A stretch of DNA of 64,000 nt from Candidatus Moraniibacteriota bacterium (GTDB lineage Bacteria; Patescibacteriota; Minisyncoccia; Moranbacterales; UBA1568): NCBI GenBank assembly GCA_028688415.1, contig JAQTYF010000001.1, forward strand, positions 10,385 to 74,384. The letters run 5' to 3'. Position numbers and translations under genes: made by a program. Below are positions 26,901-38,125 of the stretch, piece by piece. How positions within the stretch are numbered: the stretch's first letter is position 1; each line of letters begins with the position of its first letter. A model generated the notes under the pieces. The model saw only the letters and a list, made by a program, of their open reading frames with translations. It ran no database searches and was not told the DNA's origin.

Positions 26901-28256
26901 TTATGATCGTATGAGAGCGAGGAGTTCGGCTTGTTTTTCTTCCATCATCTCCAGTGTTTTTGCTTCGAGGTTAAGACGAAGAAGGGGTTCGGTGTTCGAT
27001 GGACGGACATTGAACCACCAATCATCATAATCAACTTTCAGTCCGTCGAGTTCGCTTATTGTGCCATCGCTGTATGTTTCTTTGAGTTTAGTGAGGATAG
27101 CATCTTTGCCTGTCTCGCCGGTAGGTAGGTCGGCAACTTCACTATTGATCTCCACAGAATGAGAATAGCGTTTGAGGTCTTGTACTAATTCGGAAATAGT
27201 TTTTCCTGTCTCGGTCATCAAATTGAGGAGCAAAATAGCAACTAAAGTACTGGCTTCAGCAAAAGAGTTTTCTTCGAAATAGTAGTGTCCAGACAGTTCG
27301 CCGGCGAATATCGCTCCGTCAGCACGCATCTGTCGCTTGATAAAGGCATGTCCGACACGGCATTCTTTGGCAATACCTCCATTTTCCTCGATGACTTCTC
27401 GTACAGCACGAGAGGATCTGAGATCATAGAGAATTGTCGCTCCTGGTTTTTTGGTGAGAATGATTTTTGCGATGAGCCCAGTGATGAGGTCCATTGGAAT
27501 GATGGTTCCTGTTTCGTCGGTAAATCCGACACGATCAGCATCGCCGTCGTAAGCGATACCAAGATCGGCGTGTGTTTCCTTGACCTTGGCACAGAGTTCA
27601 TCGAGAGTCTCGGTCTTGAGAGGATTGGCTTCATGACACTGGAACGGATGATCGAGGTCGTTCCAGAGATTCACGACTTTGATGTTGTCAGAGAATCGTT
27701 CGTACATTGGCAATTCGAGTACTCCCATCGAGTTGGCAGTATCAATGACTACTGTGAATTTTTTGTCCCTGAATGATGCAAAAGAAGAAAAATAGTCATA
27801 GTACACCGGGCGAATATCTTGATTCGTCATTGTTCCTTGTCGTGGTGATGTTTCCCATTGACTCGCCAGTGCGAGATCACGAATTTCACGGAGACCAGAA
27901 TCTTCTCCGACAGGGAGTGCTCCACGGAGAGCGATTTTCACACCATTGTATTGAATAGGATTGTGTGAAGCAGTGAGAGAAATAGCTGCATCGACATCGA
28001 GCCGACCAGCGGCGAAATACACCATCGGCGTTGTGATGACTCCGAGATCGATGACATCGCAACCGCCTTCCATCACGCCACGAGCAAAATGCATAAAGAG
28101 AGCGGGGCTCGATGGTCGAATATCTCGTCCGATAGCGAGACATTTTGGTTTCAGATATGCCACGACGGCTCGTCCGATGTTGTAGGCGTCATCTTCATTG
28201 ATATCGTCTGGATAGACTCCTCGGATATCATAAGCCTTGAAAATTGTTGATTTCAT
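26901..28256 (-). CDS. Phosphomannomutase/phosphoglucomutase
   Basis: IFKAYDIRG, TASHNP..YNG.K, YDGDADR, GELSGHYYF, VRPSNTEP.LRLN.E; contains a 7-aa insertion LPTGETG. Confidence 0.95.
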   Translation of the reverse strand: MKSTIFKAYDIRGVYPDDINEDDAYNIGRAVVAYLKPKCLAIGRDIRPSSPALFMHFARGVMEGGCDVIDLGVITTPMVYFAAGRLDVDAAISLTASHNPIQYNGVKIALRGALPVGEDSGLREIRDLALASQWETSPRQGTMTNQDIRPVYYDYFSSFASFRDKKFTVVIDTANSMGVLELPMYERFSDNIKVVNLWNDLDHPFQCHEANPLKTETLDELCAKVKETHADLGIAYDGDADRVGFTDETGTIIPMDLITGLIAKIILTKKPGATILYDLRSSRAVREVIEENGGIAKECRVGHAFIKRQMRADGAIFAGELSGHYYFEENSFAEASTLVAILLLNLMTETGKTISELVQDLKRYSHSVEINSEVADLPTGETGKDAILTKLKETYSDGTISELDGLKVDYDDWWFNVRPSNTEPLLRLNLEAKTLEMMEEKQAELLALIRS

Positions 28257-28409
28257 AGCAAGAGTATAAAAAATAATACTTCCAGTATATCACAATAATT
28301 TCCTCTTGGTTTCCAAATATGAAAAAATGAGCACATTTTATTTCTTGACGAAAAAGCAAAAAAGATGTATAATATAAGTTCAGTTCTTTTACTTTTTTGG
28401 AGGTTTCAA

Positions 28410-29150
28410 ATGGAAAAAGCACTTGTTATTCCAGGGTTCAAAACGAACCTCGTTCGAGTACTCGATGACGATACCGCGTCATTCGATCAGTTGGCGAAAT
28501 TACTCGTTTTTCAGCCATCGATCATTGCGTTGCTCTTTGGTGCGGCAGTAAAAATCTGTAACGAGATGCACTGTGCGATTTTGCACCGACCACAGTCCGT
28601 ACATGGCATAATAAACGTCCTTGGTTTCAATGGTGTCATCAGGCAAATCGACAATATTGAAGAAGTATCGTACGAGAAGCGGGATGATATCGTCCAGAAC
28701 GCTATCGTCCAGAATGCACGCGATACCTATGAATCGTCGCGGGTATTGGCGAGGTTTGCTGAGATAGAGTTTGGGTGGGTCGTCCAGAATCGGGTCCAGG
28801 CACAAAACTTTTTCCTCTACGGGTGTCTTGCCGGAACAGGGGATCAAGAGCTCATAGATTCTTTCAATGAGTCACAAGAGTTTTCTCGCCATCTGTCTTC
28901 CAGTAAAGATGCGAATATTCCATCACCGGCAATAGCGACTGCTCTTGTGAAACAATTCCGTAAACATGGACGGACACATGTTGACGGTTTCTTCACAGAA
29001 GGTTTCTGCGGATACAAAGAAGAATCTTTCAAGAAACGAACCTGGAGTAGTCTTTATGACGAATGGGAATCGGCGGATCATGATATTAGTTTCATGTTCA
29101 GACGTATCGCAGAAGAATCTAAGAGCGACCGTCCTCTCTACGCTCCATGA
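28410..29150 (+). CDS. Hypothetical protein with a degenerate HDOD-like N-terminus
   Basis: GGAGG RBS; LAKLL..QPSIIALL...SVHGIINVLGF resembles HDOD (DPxLxxxLL...SlxxAixxLG). Confidence 0.55.
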   Translation: MEKALVIPGFKTNLVRVLDDDTASFDQLAKLLVFQPSIIALLFGAAVKICNEMHCAILHRPQSVHGIINVLGFNGVIRQIDNIEEVSYEKRDDIVQNAIVQNARDTYESSRVLARFAEIEFGWVVQNRVQAQNFFLYGCLAGTGDQELIDSFNESQEFSRHLSSSKDANIPSPAIATALVKQFRKHGRTHVDGFFTEGFCGYKEESFKKRTWSSLYDEWESADHDISFMFRRIAEESKSDRPLYAP

Positions 29151-29163
29151 GAGTTCATGCCGC

Positions 29164-29203
29164 AGGCACTTGTTGTTTAGTAAACAGCAGGTGCCTTTTT
29201 TTT
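29164..29203 (+). terminator. Rho-independent terminator
   Basis: AGGCACTTGTTGTTTA-G-TAAACAGCAGGTGCCT followed by a T run. Confidence 0.7.
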
Positions 29204-29298
29204 GACTTTACTGTTTCTTTCTGTAAGAATAGAGTATGCTTTTGATTTTTCTTTGAGCTAAAAAGCTAACAAAGTTAATAAACTACAAGCTTTTCCTT

Positions 29299-30390
29299 AT
29301 GGCATTACAAGTAGGTATTGTGGGACTCCCGAACGTCGGAAAATCAACATTGTTCAAAGCGCTCACTCGGAAAGCAGTGGATATTAACAATTATCCGTTT
29401 TGTACGATTGAGCCGAACGTCGGTATTGTCGAAGTGCCTGATGAACGTCTCGCGCAACTTGCCAAAATCTCAGGAACGAAAAAAATCATCCCAGCGGTGA
29501 TTGAGTTTGTCGATATTGCTGGTCTGGTGAAAGGTGCGAGTGAGGGAGAAGGACTCGGGAACAAGTTTCTTGCGAACATCCGAGAAGTGGATGCTATCGT
29601 CGAAGTCGTCAGAGTATTCCCCGCTCAAAGCGGGTCCGCCTCGGGCGGAGAGATTATTCATGTCTATCAGACAATCGACCCAGAGCGAGATATCGATATC
29701 ATCAATACTGAGCTTATCTTGGCTGATATGGAAACCGTCGAAAAAAGAAAATTGAAATCAGGAAAAGATGCTCGTGCCGGGAAGAAAGAGGCTGTGATAG
29801 AAATGGCGGTACTCGAAAAACTGGAAGCGGAATTCCAGGCTGGCCGTCTGCCTCATGCCATCATGGAAACATTCTCTACCGAAGAAAAAAAAGTCGTGAA
29901 GGGTCTCCAGCTCCTCACAACCAAACCGTTTCTCTATGTCTACAATGTTTCAGATATCGATCGTGCGCTCAGTGGAGAACTCGAAGCGAGACCGCACGTG
30001 AAAATCGATATTAAAATTGAGGAAGAATTGATCGAGATGTCTCCCGAAGAAATTACCGAAATGGGACTCGTTTCGCATATCGGAGACCTCGCCAAGCAAG
30101 CGTATACGCTTCTCGGACTCATGACGTATTTCACGACTGGCGTGGAAGAAACCCGTGCCTGGACTATTCCTCTCGGCTCGACTGCACCACAGGCAGGCAG
30201 TGCTATTCACAATGATTTTGAAGAGAAATTTATCAGAGCTGAAGTAATCCATGAGACGTTACTCCTCGAAGTTGCCAGTCTTTCAGTGGGTAAAGATCCA
30301 TGGAGCGCTTCACGTGACACTGGAGCCCTCCGCCTCGAAGGCAAAAACTACATCGTGCAGGACGGCGATGTGATGGTGTTCAAGGTATAG
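29299..30390 (+). CDS. ychF: Redox-regulated ATPase YchF
   Basis: [65 protein letters not shown]. Confidence 0.96.
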   Translation: MALQVGIVGLPNVGKSTLFKALTRKAVDINNYPFCTIEPNVGIVEVPDERLAQLAKISGTKKIIPAVIEFVDIAGLVKGASEGEGLGNKFLANIREVDAIVEVVRVFPAQSGSASGGEIIHVYQTIDPERDIDIINTELILADMETVEKRKLKSGKDARAGKKEAVIEMAVLEKLEAEFQAGRLPHAIMETFSTEEKKVVKGLQLLTTKPFLYVYNVSDIDRALSGELEARPHVKIDIKIEEELIEMSPEEITEMGLVSHIGDLAKQAYTLLGLMTYFTTGVEETRAWTIPLGSTAPQAGSAIHNDFEEKFIRAEVIHETLLLEVASLSVGKDPWSASRDTGALRLEGKNYIVQDGDVMVFKV

Positions 30391-30445
30391 CACTCTCGTC
30401 GAATGATCTTTTAGAAAAGTAATGAGCATGCTGAAAGCAAAGGTC

Positions 30446-30486
30446 TTGACACTCATTTTCTGGCAGTCTATAATAGAGAGTGCTAA
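30446..30486 (+). promoter_or_regulatory. sigma70 promoter (TTGACA-17-TATAAT) overlapped by a CIRCE (HrcA operator)
   Basis: TTGACA 30446-30451, TATAAT 30469-30474; CTGGCAGTC-N9-GAGTGCTAA at 30460-30486 versus consensus TTAGCACTC-N9-GAGTGCTAA. Confidence 0.82.
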
Positions 30487-30558
30487 TAGATAAATTGTTT
30501 CATACATTTTATTCTTTCGTTTTTTGTTTCTTGTTGAACAATAAAAAAGAAAGAATAA

Positions 30559-32217
<1,659 letters not shown>

Positions 32218-32266
32218 TTTTGAAGCAATTTCCTAAATATCAATTGCAGGACAGTGAGCATGAATG

Positions 32267-32300
32267 AAAAAAAGAGACTCTCGAAACAGAGTCTCTTTTT
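32267..32300 (+). terminator. Rho-independent terminator after groL
   Basis: AAAAAGAGACTCT-CGAAAC-AGAGTCTCTTTTT. Confidence 0.75.
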
Positions 32301-32341
32301 GTATGGTATAATAAAAACAAATAAAAATAATTTCGAGTTCT

Positions 32342-34090
32342 ATGCGTATAGAAAATAAAGACCTGGAAAAATTCTTAATTGATTCGAATATTCTTTCGAA
32401 AGAAGTTGTCGAAGAGAATGTGCTCGAGGCACAAAAAGAGAAGAAAAATCTCGGGATATTGCTTCTTGAAAAAAAATTAGTCGAGGAGGCAGAACTTCAG
32501 AAAATGTACGCGTATATTCTCGGAATCCCGTTTGTAGATCTGACCAAGGAAACTATTTCGATGGAAGTATTGCAGATCGTTCCAGAACTTATTGCCAAAA
32601 AATACAATATCGTTTCTTTTGAGAAAAATGGTGCCAATCTGAAAATTGCGATGCTCAATCCTGAAGATCTGCAAACGATTGATTTTATTCGCAAAAAAAC
32701 AGGACTCAAAATAGTGCCATGCCTGACAACCCGAGAGAGTATTCAAGGAGTGCTTCGTCAGTATGAGAAGAGTCTCAAGGCAGAATTTGGTGACATGTTG
32801 ACGGGAGATATCACGGCTGAGGGTGAGAGTAGAGAGGATGAGAATCTCGAACAAGTCGCTGCAGGGTTACCTATTATTCGTATTGTCGACACGCTTCTCA
32901 AACATGCTATTCTCGAATCTGCCAGTGATATCCATATCGAACCAGATGAGAAGGAAGTTCACGTGCGCTATCGTATTGATGGAGTGCTCCATGATGCTAT
33001 GACACTTCCGAAGGATGTTGCTGGAGGTATCGTCGCTCGTATCAAGGTGCTCGCGAACCTGAAACTCGATGAACATAGATTGCCACAAGATGGTCGTTTC
33101 AAGATTCAGAATGATGAATATAAGATATCGTTTCGTGTGAGTATGCTCCCGGTGTTTGATGGTGAGAAAATCGTAATGCGTCTCTTAGATGAATCTTCCA
33201 AGGGTCTTACGCTTGAGAAAATGGGACTTGCAGGAACGGCACTTGAGGCAGTTCATCGCGAAATCGGCAAGCCAAACGGTATGATTCTTGTGACAGGACC
33301 GACGGGTTCAGGGAAAACGACGACACTCTATACGGTGATGGACATTCTGAACAGACCGGAAGTAAACATCAGTACCGTGGAAGATCCAGTAGAGTATCGT
33401 ATGCCGAGAGTGAATCAGACTCAGATCAATCCGAAGGTCGGTATGACTTTTGCAGCAGCTCTTCGTTCGCTTCTCCGTCAGGATCCAGATATCATTATGG
33501 TGGGTGAAATCCGTGATCAAGAGACGCTCGAGATTGCGATGCATGCAGCTATGACAGGACATCTTGTACTTTCGACCCTTCATACCAACAGTGCTGCTGC
33601 GACACTTCCTCGTATGATTGATATGGGTGCTGAGCCATTCCTCATTGCATCGACTGTCAATGTCATTATTGCTCAACGTCTCATCCGTCGTCTCTGCGTC
33701 GAATGTCGCAAACCGTATACACTTGATCCAAAAGAAATTGATTCTCTTTCCAAATCATACAATATCGAAAATATTTTCACATTTCTCAAGAATGATCCTG
33801 TAGGAAAGAAATTTGTTGAGAAGGCAAAAAATTGGAACGAGATCACTTTTTATAAAGCTACTGGTTGTGAGCAATGTGGTGGTGAAGGTTATCATGGACG
33901 AAATGGTGTCTATGAAGTGCTTGCAATGGATACAACGATCCGTAAACTCATCACACAATCTGCAACGACCGAAGAACTCGAAGCGGAAGCAAAAAAAGCT
34001 GGTATGACGACGATGGTAGAGGACGGCTTTCTCAAAATGGTGCAGGGGATTACATCACTCGAAGAAGTGATGCTCGCAACAAAGGAATAG
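32342..34090 (+). CDS. pilB: Type IV pilus assembly ATPase PilB/GspE family
   Basis: ASDIHIEP, RYRIDG.L, PQDGR, TGPTGSGKTTTLY, LRQDPDIIMVGEIRD, STLHTN, CxxC...CxxC. Confidence 0.92.
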   Translation: MRIENKDLEKFLIDSNILSKEVVEENVLEAQKEKKNLGILLLEKKLVEEAELQKMYAYILGIPFVDLTKETISMEVLQIVPELIAKKYNIVSFEKNGANLKIAMLNPEDLQTIDFIRKKTGLKIVPCLTTRESIQGVLRQYEKSLKAEFGDMLTGDITAEGESREDENLEQVAAGLPIIRIVDTLLKHAILESASDIHIEPDEKEVHVRYRIDGVLHDAMTLPKDVAGGIVARIKVLANLKLDEHRLPQDGRFKIQNDEYKISFRVSMLPVFDGEKIVMRLLDESSKGLTLEKMGLAGTALEAVHREIGKPNGMILVTGPTGSGKTTTLYTVMDILNRPEVNISTVEDPVEYRMPRVNQTQINPKVGMTFAAALRSLLRQDPDIIMVGEIRDQETLEIAMHAAMTGHLVLSTLHTNSAAATLPRMIDMGAEPFLIASTVNVIIAQRLIRRLCVECRKPYTLDPKEIDSLSKSYNIENIFTFLKNDPVGKKFVEKAKNWNEITFYKATGCEQCGGEGYHGRNGVYEVLAMDTTIRKLITQSATTEELEAEAKKAGMTTMVEDGFLKMVQGITSLEEVMLATKE

Positions 34091-34144
34091 AGAGAAGAGA
34101 CAGATACAGGATAAGTGGTAAAAGATAGAGAAGAATGAAAGAGT

Positions 34145-34170
34145 AAAAAAACCGCGGATGCGCGGTTTTT
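34145..34170. terminator. Bidirectional terminator
   Basis: AAAAAAACCGCG-GATG-CGCGGTTTTT between convergent genes. Confidence 0.75.
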
Positions 34171-34185
34171 ATTTTTCATCAATTA

Positions 34186-35691
34186 TCACTTCTCGGGCTT
34201 GAATTCGTTATTATGATGTTCTTGACGAATACGTGATTTGGCAGTGGATGTCTTTACAAAGTTGAGCCAGTCGCGACTTGGCTTTTTCTTTTCTTTGGTA
34301 GTGAGGATTTCTATCACTTGACCATTCTGGATATGATAATCGAGAGGAACCATTTTCCTGTCTGCTTTGGCACCGATAGTTCTGTTTCCTATCTCACTAT
34401 GGATAGCATAAGCAAAATCAATGGGCGTAGCTTCTTCGGGAAGCTCGATAATATCCCCTTGTGGAGTGAACGCAAAAATGTGATTTTTGAAAAATTCGAT
34501 ACGGAGTCCCTCAGCAAATTCTTTGTCATCACGTCCGATTTCTTTCTGCCATTCTTTGAGCTGTTTGACCCATGTGAGCTCTCGAGGAAGGGTTGCTGGA
34601 TCTGTTTTCTTGGGAAAAAAGAGATCCTTCCAATGAGTTTTTGCTTTTTCAGTATACATCCAGTGAGCAGCGATACCATATTCGGATTCATCGTGCATTT
34701 TTTGTGTACGAATTTGGATCTCGAGGATTCGCCCATCCGGACCAAAGACAGTCGTGTGGAGTGATTGGTAGCCATTGGGTTTTGGAAGAGAGATATAGTC
34801 TTTGATACGACCGACCATCGGACGATACTCACGATGGATGATACCGAGCACTTCATAGCAATCAGCAATCGTCTGAACGACTATTCGGATAGCGATGAAA
34901 TCATAGATATGAGTGACGTCCATATCATGACGCTTGAGTTTCTGATAGAGCCTGTATGGGTGTTTTGTACGCCCGCTTATGTTGAGTGTCTGTATCTTTT
35001 CCTTCTCGAGTACTTCACCAAAAAGTTTGAGTACACGATTCATATATTCTGTACCTTTGTTGAGATAGGTCTCTTCTATTTTTTTTGTTTCGGCATAATG
35101 TTCTGGCTCGAGGTGTTTGAAACAGAGGTCTTCGAGTTCACCTTTTATTTCTCCGATACCAAGACGGTTGGCGATAGGGGCGTAGACTTCCATTGTCTCT
35201 CGTGCGATACGTTCTTGTTTCTCTGGAGGGAGATATTCAAGTGTTCGCATATTATGGAGACGGTCTGCGAGTTTGATAATGACGACACGAATATCCTGAG
35301 CCATGGCAAGAAACATCTTTCGGAGGTTCTCGAGATGATATTCTTCTTTTGTTCCACGAAGCTTTATTTTTCCGAGCTTGGTGATGCCATCGATGAGATA
35401 AGTCACTTCCTTTCCGAATTTTTTTTCGATTTCTGACAAAGTTATCGGAGTATCTTCTGGGACATCATGGAGGAGAGATGCGATGATCGTCGTCGTATCC
35501 ATACCAATTTCAGTGAGTGTCTTGGCAACATGGAGACAATGGACGATATAGTCAGCTCCTGATTTCCTCTTCTGTCCTCGGTGGGCATTTTCTGCAAATT
35601 GGTATGCTTCAGTGATAGCTTTCTGGTCAGTACTCGAGAGAGGGCGAGCAGCAGATCGGAATATATCGTTGAGAGTGATGGGAGTGGGCAT
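34186..35691 (-). CDS. rel: RelA/SpoT family (p)ppGpp hydrolase/synthetase (HD-SYNTH-TGS, no ACT domain)
   Basis: H.GQKRKSG..YI.H, LLHDVPED, IKLADRLHNMRT, KDYIS.PKPNGYQSLHT, EIQIRT, TPIDFAYAIHS. Confidence 0.93.
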   Translation of the reverse strand: MPTPITLNDIFRSAARPLSSTDQKAITEAYQFAENAHRGQKRKSGADYIVHCLHVAKTLTEIGMDTTTIIASLLHDVPEDTPITLSEIEKKFGKEVTYLIDGITKLGKIKLRGTKEEYHLENLRKMFLAMAQDIRVVIIKLADRLHNMRTLEYLPPEKQERIARETMEVYAPIANRLGIGEIKGELEDLCFKHLEPEHYAETKKIEETYLNKGTEYMNRVLKLFGEVLEKEKIQTLNISGRTKHPYRLYQKLKRHDMDVTHIYDFIAIRIVVQTIADCYEVLGIIHREYRPMVGRIKDYISLPKPNGYQSLHTTVFGPDGRILEIQIRTQKMHDESEYGIAAHWMYTEKAKTHWKDLFFPKKTDPATLPRELTWVKQLKEWQKEIGRDDKEFAEGLRIEFFKNHIFAFTPQGDIIELPEEATPIDFAYAIHSEIGNRTIGAKADRKMVPLDYHIQNGQVIEILTTKEKKKPSRDWLNFVKTSTAKSRIRQEHHNNEFKPEK

Positions 35692-35755
35692 ATTGTTGAA
35701 AGAATAAGGATAATATCAATATATCCAGTATAGACCAAACTGAAAGGAGAGCAAC

Positions 35756-35824
35756 CCCGCCCGCATCGCTTCGCCAGCCCGCAGTAGATACAGCGTTTCT
35801 GGCGGGCGTAGCGATGCGGGCGGG
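35756..35824. repeat. Nested GC-rich REP-like palindrome
   Basis: CCCGCCCGCATCGCT ... AGCGATGCGGGCGGG with an internal insert; related to 2196-2232. Confidence 0.72.
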
Positions 35825-35862
35825 CCTATTCACTCATTATTTTTTTAGAACACTGTTTCAGC

Positions 35863-35892
35863 TTGACAAATGCAACTGAGTTGCGTTAATAT
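35863..35892 (+). promoter_or_regulatory. Promoter with putative Fur/Zur-type operator in the spacer
   Basis: TTGACA at 35863; palindrome AATGCAACT-G-AGTTGCGTT at 35869-35887, directly upstream of the fur-family gene. Confidence 0.6.
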
Positions 35893-35898
35893 GAACAC

Positions 35899-36342
35899 AT
35901 GGGAAAATATACAGAAGAAATATATCGAATACTTGAGGAGAATCATCTCCGCCTGACTCAGACGAGGAAGGTGTTGCTTGATATTCTTTTTTTAGAGGAA
36001 GATCCTCTTTCTGCTACTCATATTCTCGGAAAAATGTCAGAGCGAGAGTGTGATGTGAACAAAACGACCGTCTATCGAGCGCTCGAACAATTTGAAGAGA
36101 GAGGTATAGTGAGGGGAGTGCAACTCGGAGATCGTACAAAATACTACGAACTTGCTTCTCGTGATCATCATCACCATCTCGTCTGTGTGCAGTGTGAGTG
36201 TGTCGAGGATATCGATATGGACGAGACGACACTTTCGGAGGAAGAGAAGAAAGTGGGTCAGGAGAGGGGATTCGCTATTCTGAGGCATTCTCTCGAATTC
36301 TTTGGAATATGCAGAAACTGTCATACATCACCAAGTAAGTAA
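35899..36342 (+). CDS. zur: Fur-family regulator, probably Zur
   Basis: LRLTQTR, TTVYRAL, HHHHLVCVQC, FFGICRNC; precedes znuACB. Confidence 0.85.
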   Translation: MGKYTEEIYRILEENHLRLTQTRKVLLDILFLEEDPLSATHILGKMSERECDVNKTTVYRALEQFEERGIVRGVQLGDRTKYYELASRDHHHHLVCVQCECVEDIDMDETTLSEEEKKVGQERGFAILRHSLEFFGICRNCHTSPSK

Positions 36343-36425
36343 TTTTATATCAAAATCCCACGGCCGTGGAATTATGATAGGATTTGAATAAGGAGGCTAT
36401 TTTGTAAGACTAACTATAAGAAAGT

Positions 36426-37367
36426 ATGAATATGCAGAAAAAAATATTTTTCATTATCTTGATTATAACTCTTATTGGCGGTGGAATTTTTGGTCTCACA
36501 CGAATGAAATCGAAAATAGAAACAAGTGAGAAAAAAATACAGGTAGTAACAACACTTTTCCCTCTGTATGACTTTGTCAGAGTGATAGGGCAAGAGAGAG
36601 TAGATGTGTCGCTCCTCCTTCCTCCAGGAGTGGAAGCTCATTCTTTCGAACCTAGACCAAGTGATATTGTGAAGATCAATACATCTGACCTTTTTGTGTA
36701 CACTGGAAAATTTATGGAACCGTGGGCAGAAGACATCATCAATGGTGTCACAAATAAAAAGGTACAATTCGTCAATACTGGGAATGGTATAGAGCTTCTC
36801 AAACTTACCGAGGGTATGCCCGATGAGGCTCATGGAATCGATCCTCATATCTGGCTTGATTTTGATAACAACAAAATGATGATTGACAGTATAGTACAGG
36901 CACTCGTAGCAAGAGATCCTGCGAATGTGTCGTTCTATGAAAAAAATGCTACCGACTACAAAAAGAAATTAGAAGAGTTGGATAGCCAATACAAAACATC
37001 ATCGACAACATGTGAAAACAGAATGATTGTATACGGAGGACACTATGCTTTTGGATATTTGGCCAAGAGATATCATCTGGAATACCTCGCCGCCCAGGGT
37101 CTCGCACCAGATGCTGAACCTACTGCGAATGATCTGGTGAAATTGGTCAAACAGGTCAAACAAAATAATATCAAGTATGTTTTCTATGAAGAGATGACCA
37201 CTCCAGAAATTGCTGAAACCATTGCCAATGAGACAGACGCGAAAATGCTTCTTCTGAATGCCGCGCATAATGTGAGTAGAGAAGACATTGAAAACAATAT
37301 TTCTTTCCTTTCAATGATGACAGAAAATTTAACCAATCTAAAAACTGGTCTTGGTTGTAGTGAATAA
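36426..37367 (+). CDS. znuA: Zinc/manganese ABC transporter substrate-binding protein
   Basis: PPGVEAHSFEP, DPHIWLD, HYAFGYLA.RY.L. Confidence 0.9.
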   Translation: MNMQKKIFFIILIITLIGGGIFGLTRMKSKIETSEKKIQVVTTLFPLYDFVRVIGQERVDVSLLLPPGVEAHSFEPRPSDIVKINTSDLFVYTGKFMEPWAEDIINGVTNKKVQFVNTGNGIELLKLTEGMPDEAHGIDPHIWLDFDNNKMMIDSIVQALVARDPANVSFYEKNATDYKKKLEELDSQYKTSSTTCENRMIVYGGHYAFGYLAKRYHLEYLAAQGLAPDAEPTANDLVKLVKQVKQNNIKYVFYEEMTTPEIAETIANETDAKMLLLNAAHNVSREDIENNISFLSMMTENLTNLKTGLGCSE

Positions 37368-37371
37368 AATT

Positions 37372-38124
37372 ATGGAAACAATCATTGAAACAAAAAACCT
37401 TTCCGTGAATTACGGACAGACAGAAGTATTGAAAGATATTTCTTTTGCCGTTGAACAAGGTGATTTTATAGGGCTTGCCGGACCCAATGGCGCAGGGAAA
37501 ACAACGCTTGTAAAAGCTCTCCTCGGGTTGTTGCCCATTTCCAAAGGAGAAATTGAACTCTTCGGAAAGACAAAAGAAAACTTTGATGAGTGGGGGAAAA
37601 TTGGGTATCTCCCTCAGAAATTCTCTACCATGAATGCACTTTTTCCTGCCACCGTTGCTGAGGTAGTGATGCTTGGTCTTCTATCACAAAAGAAATTTCC
37701 CAAAAAGATAACGACAAAGGATCACGAAAAAGTTGATAAGATTTTGCAAGAACTCGGCGTGAGCAATCTGAAAAAAAGAATGCTTTCAGAACTTTCTGGT
37801 GGACAACAGCAAAAAGTGTTTTTGGCGCGTGCTTTGGTTCCAGATCCGAAAGTTCTTATTTTTGATGAGCCGTCGACCGCTCTCGATCCCGAATCCAGGG
37901 AATCATTTTTTCAACTGATACAAAAACTCAATAAACAAAATGGTATTACTATTATTCTCATCACCCACGACACGGGTTATATCGGGCAATACACCAATAA
38001 ACTCCTTTATATTGATAAAAGCGTTATTTATTTTGGTAAATTTTCCGATTTTTGTATTTCCGAAAAAATGAATTCTTATTTTGGAAAATATGAACAACAT
38101 ATAATTTGCCATCAGCACGACTAA
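37372..38124 (+). CDS. znuC: Metal ABC transporter ATP-binding protein
   Basis: GPNGAGKTT, GYLPQ, LSGGQQQ, DEP, ITHD. Confidence 0.9.
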   Translation: METIIETKNLSVNYGQTEVLKDISFAVEQGDFIGLAGPNGAGKTTLVKALLGLLPISKGEIELFGKTKENFDEWGKIGYLPQKFSTMNALFPATVAEVVMLGLLSQKKFPKKITTKDHEKVDKILQELGVSNLKKRMLSELSGGQQQKVFLARALVPDPKVLIFDEPSTALDPESRESFFQLIQKLNKQNGITIILITHDTGYIGQYTNKLLYIDKSVIYFGKFSDFCISEKMNSYFGKYEQHIICHQHD

Positions 38125-38125
38125 T

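Noticed and set aside
30387-30410. Second CIRCE at TAGCACTC after ychF
   Set aside because: No matching right half at 9-nt spacing.
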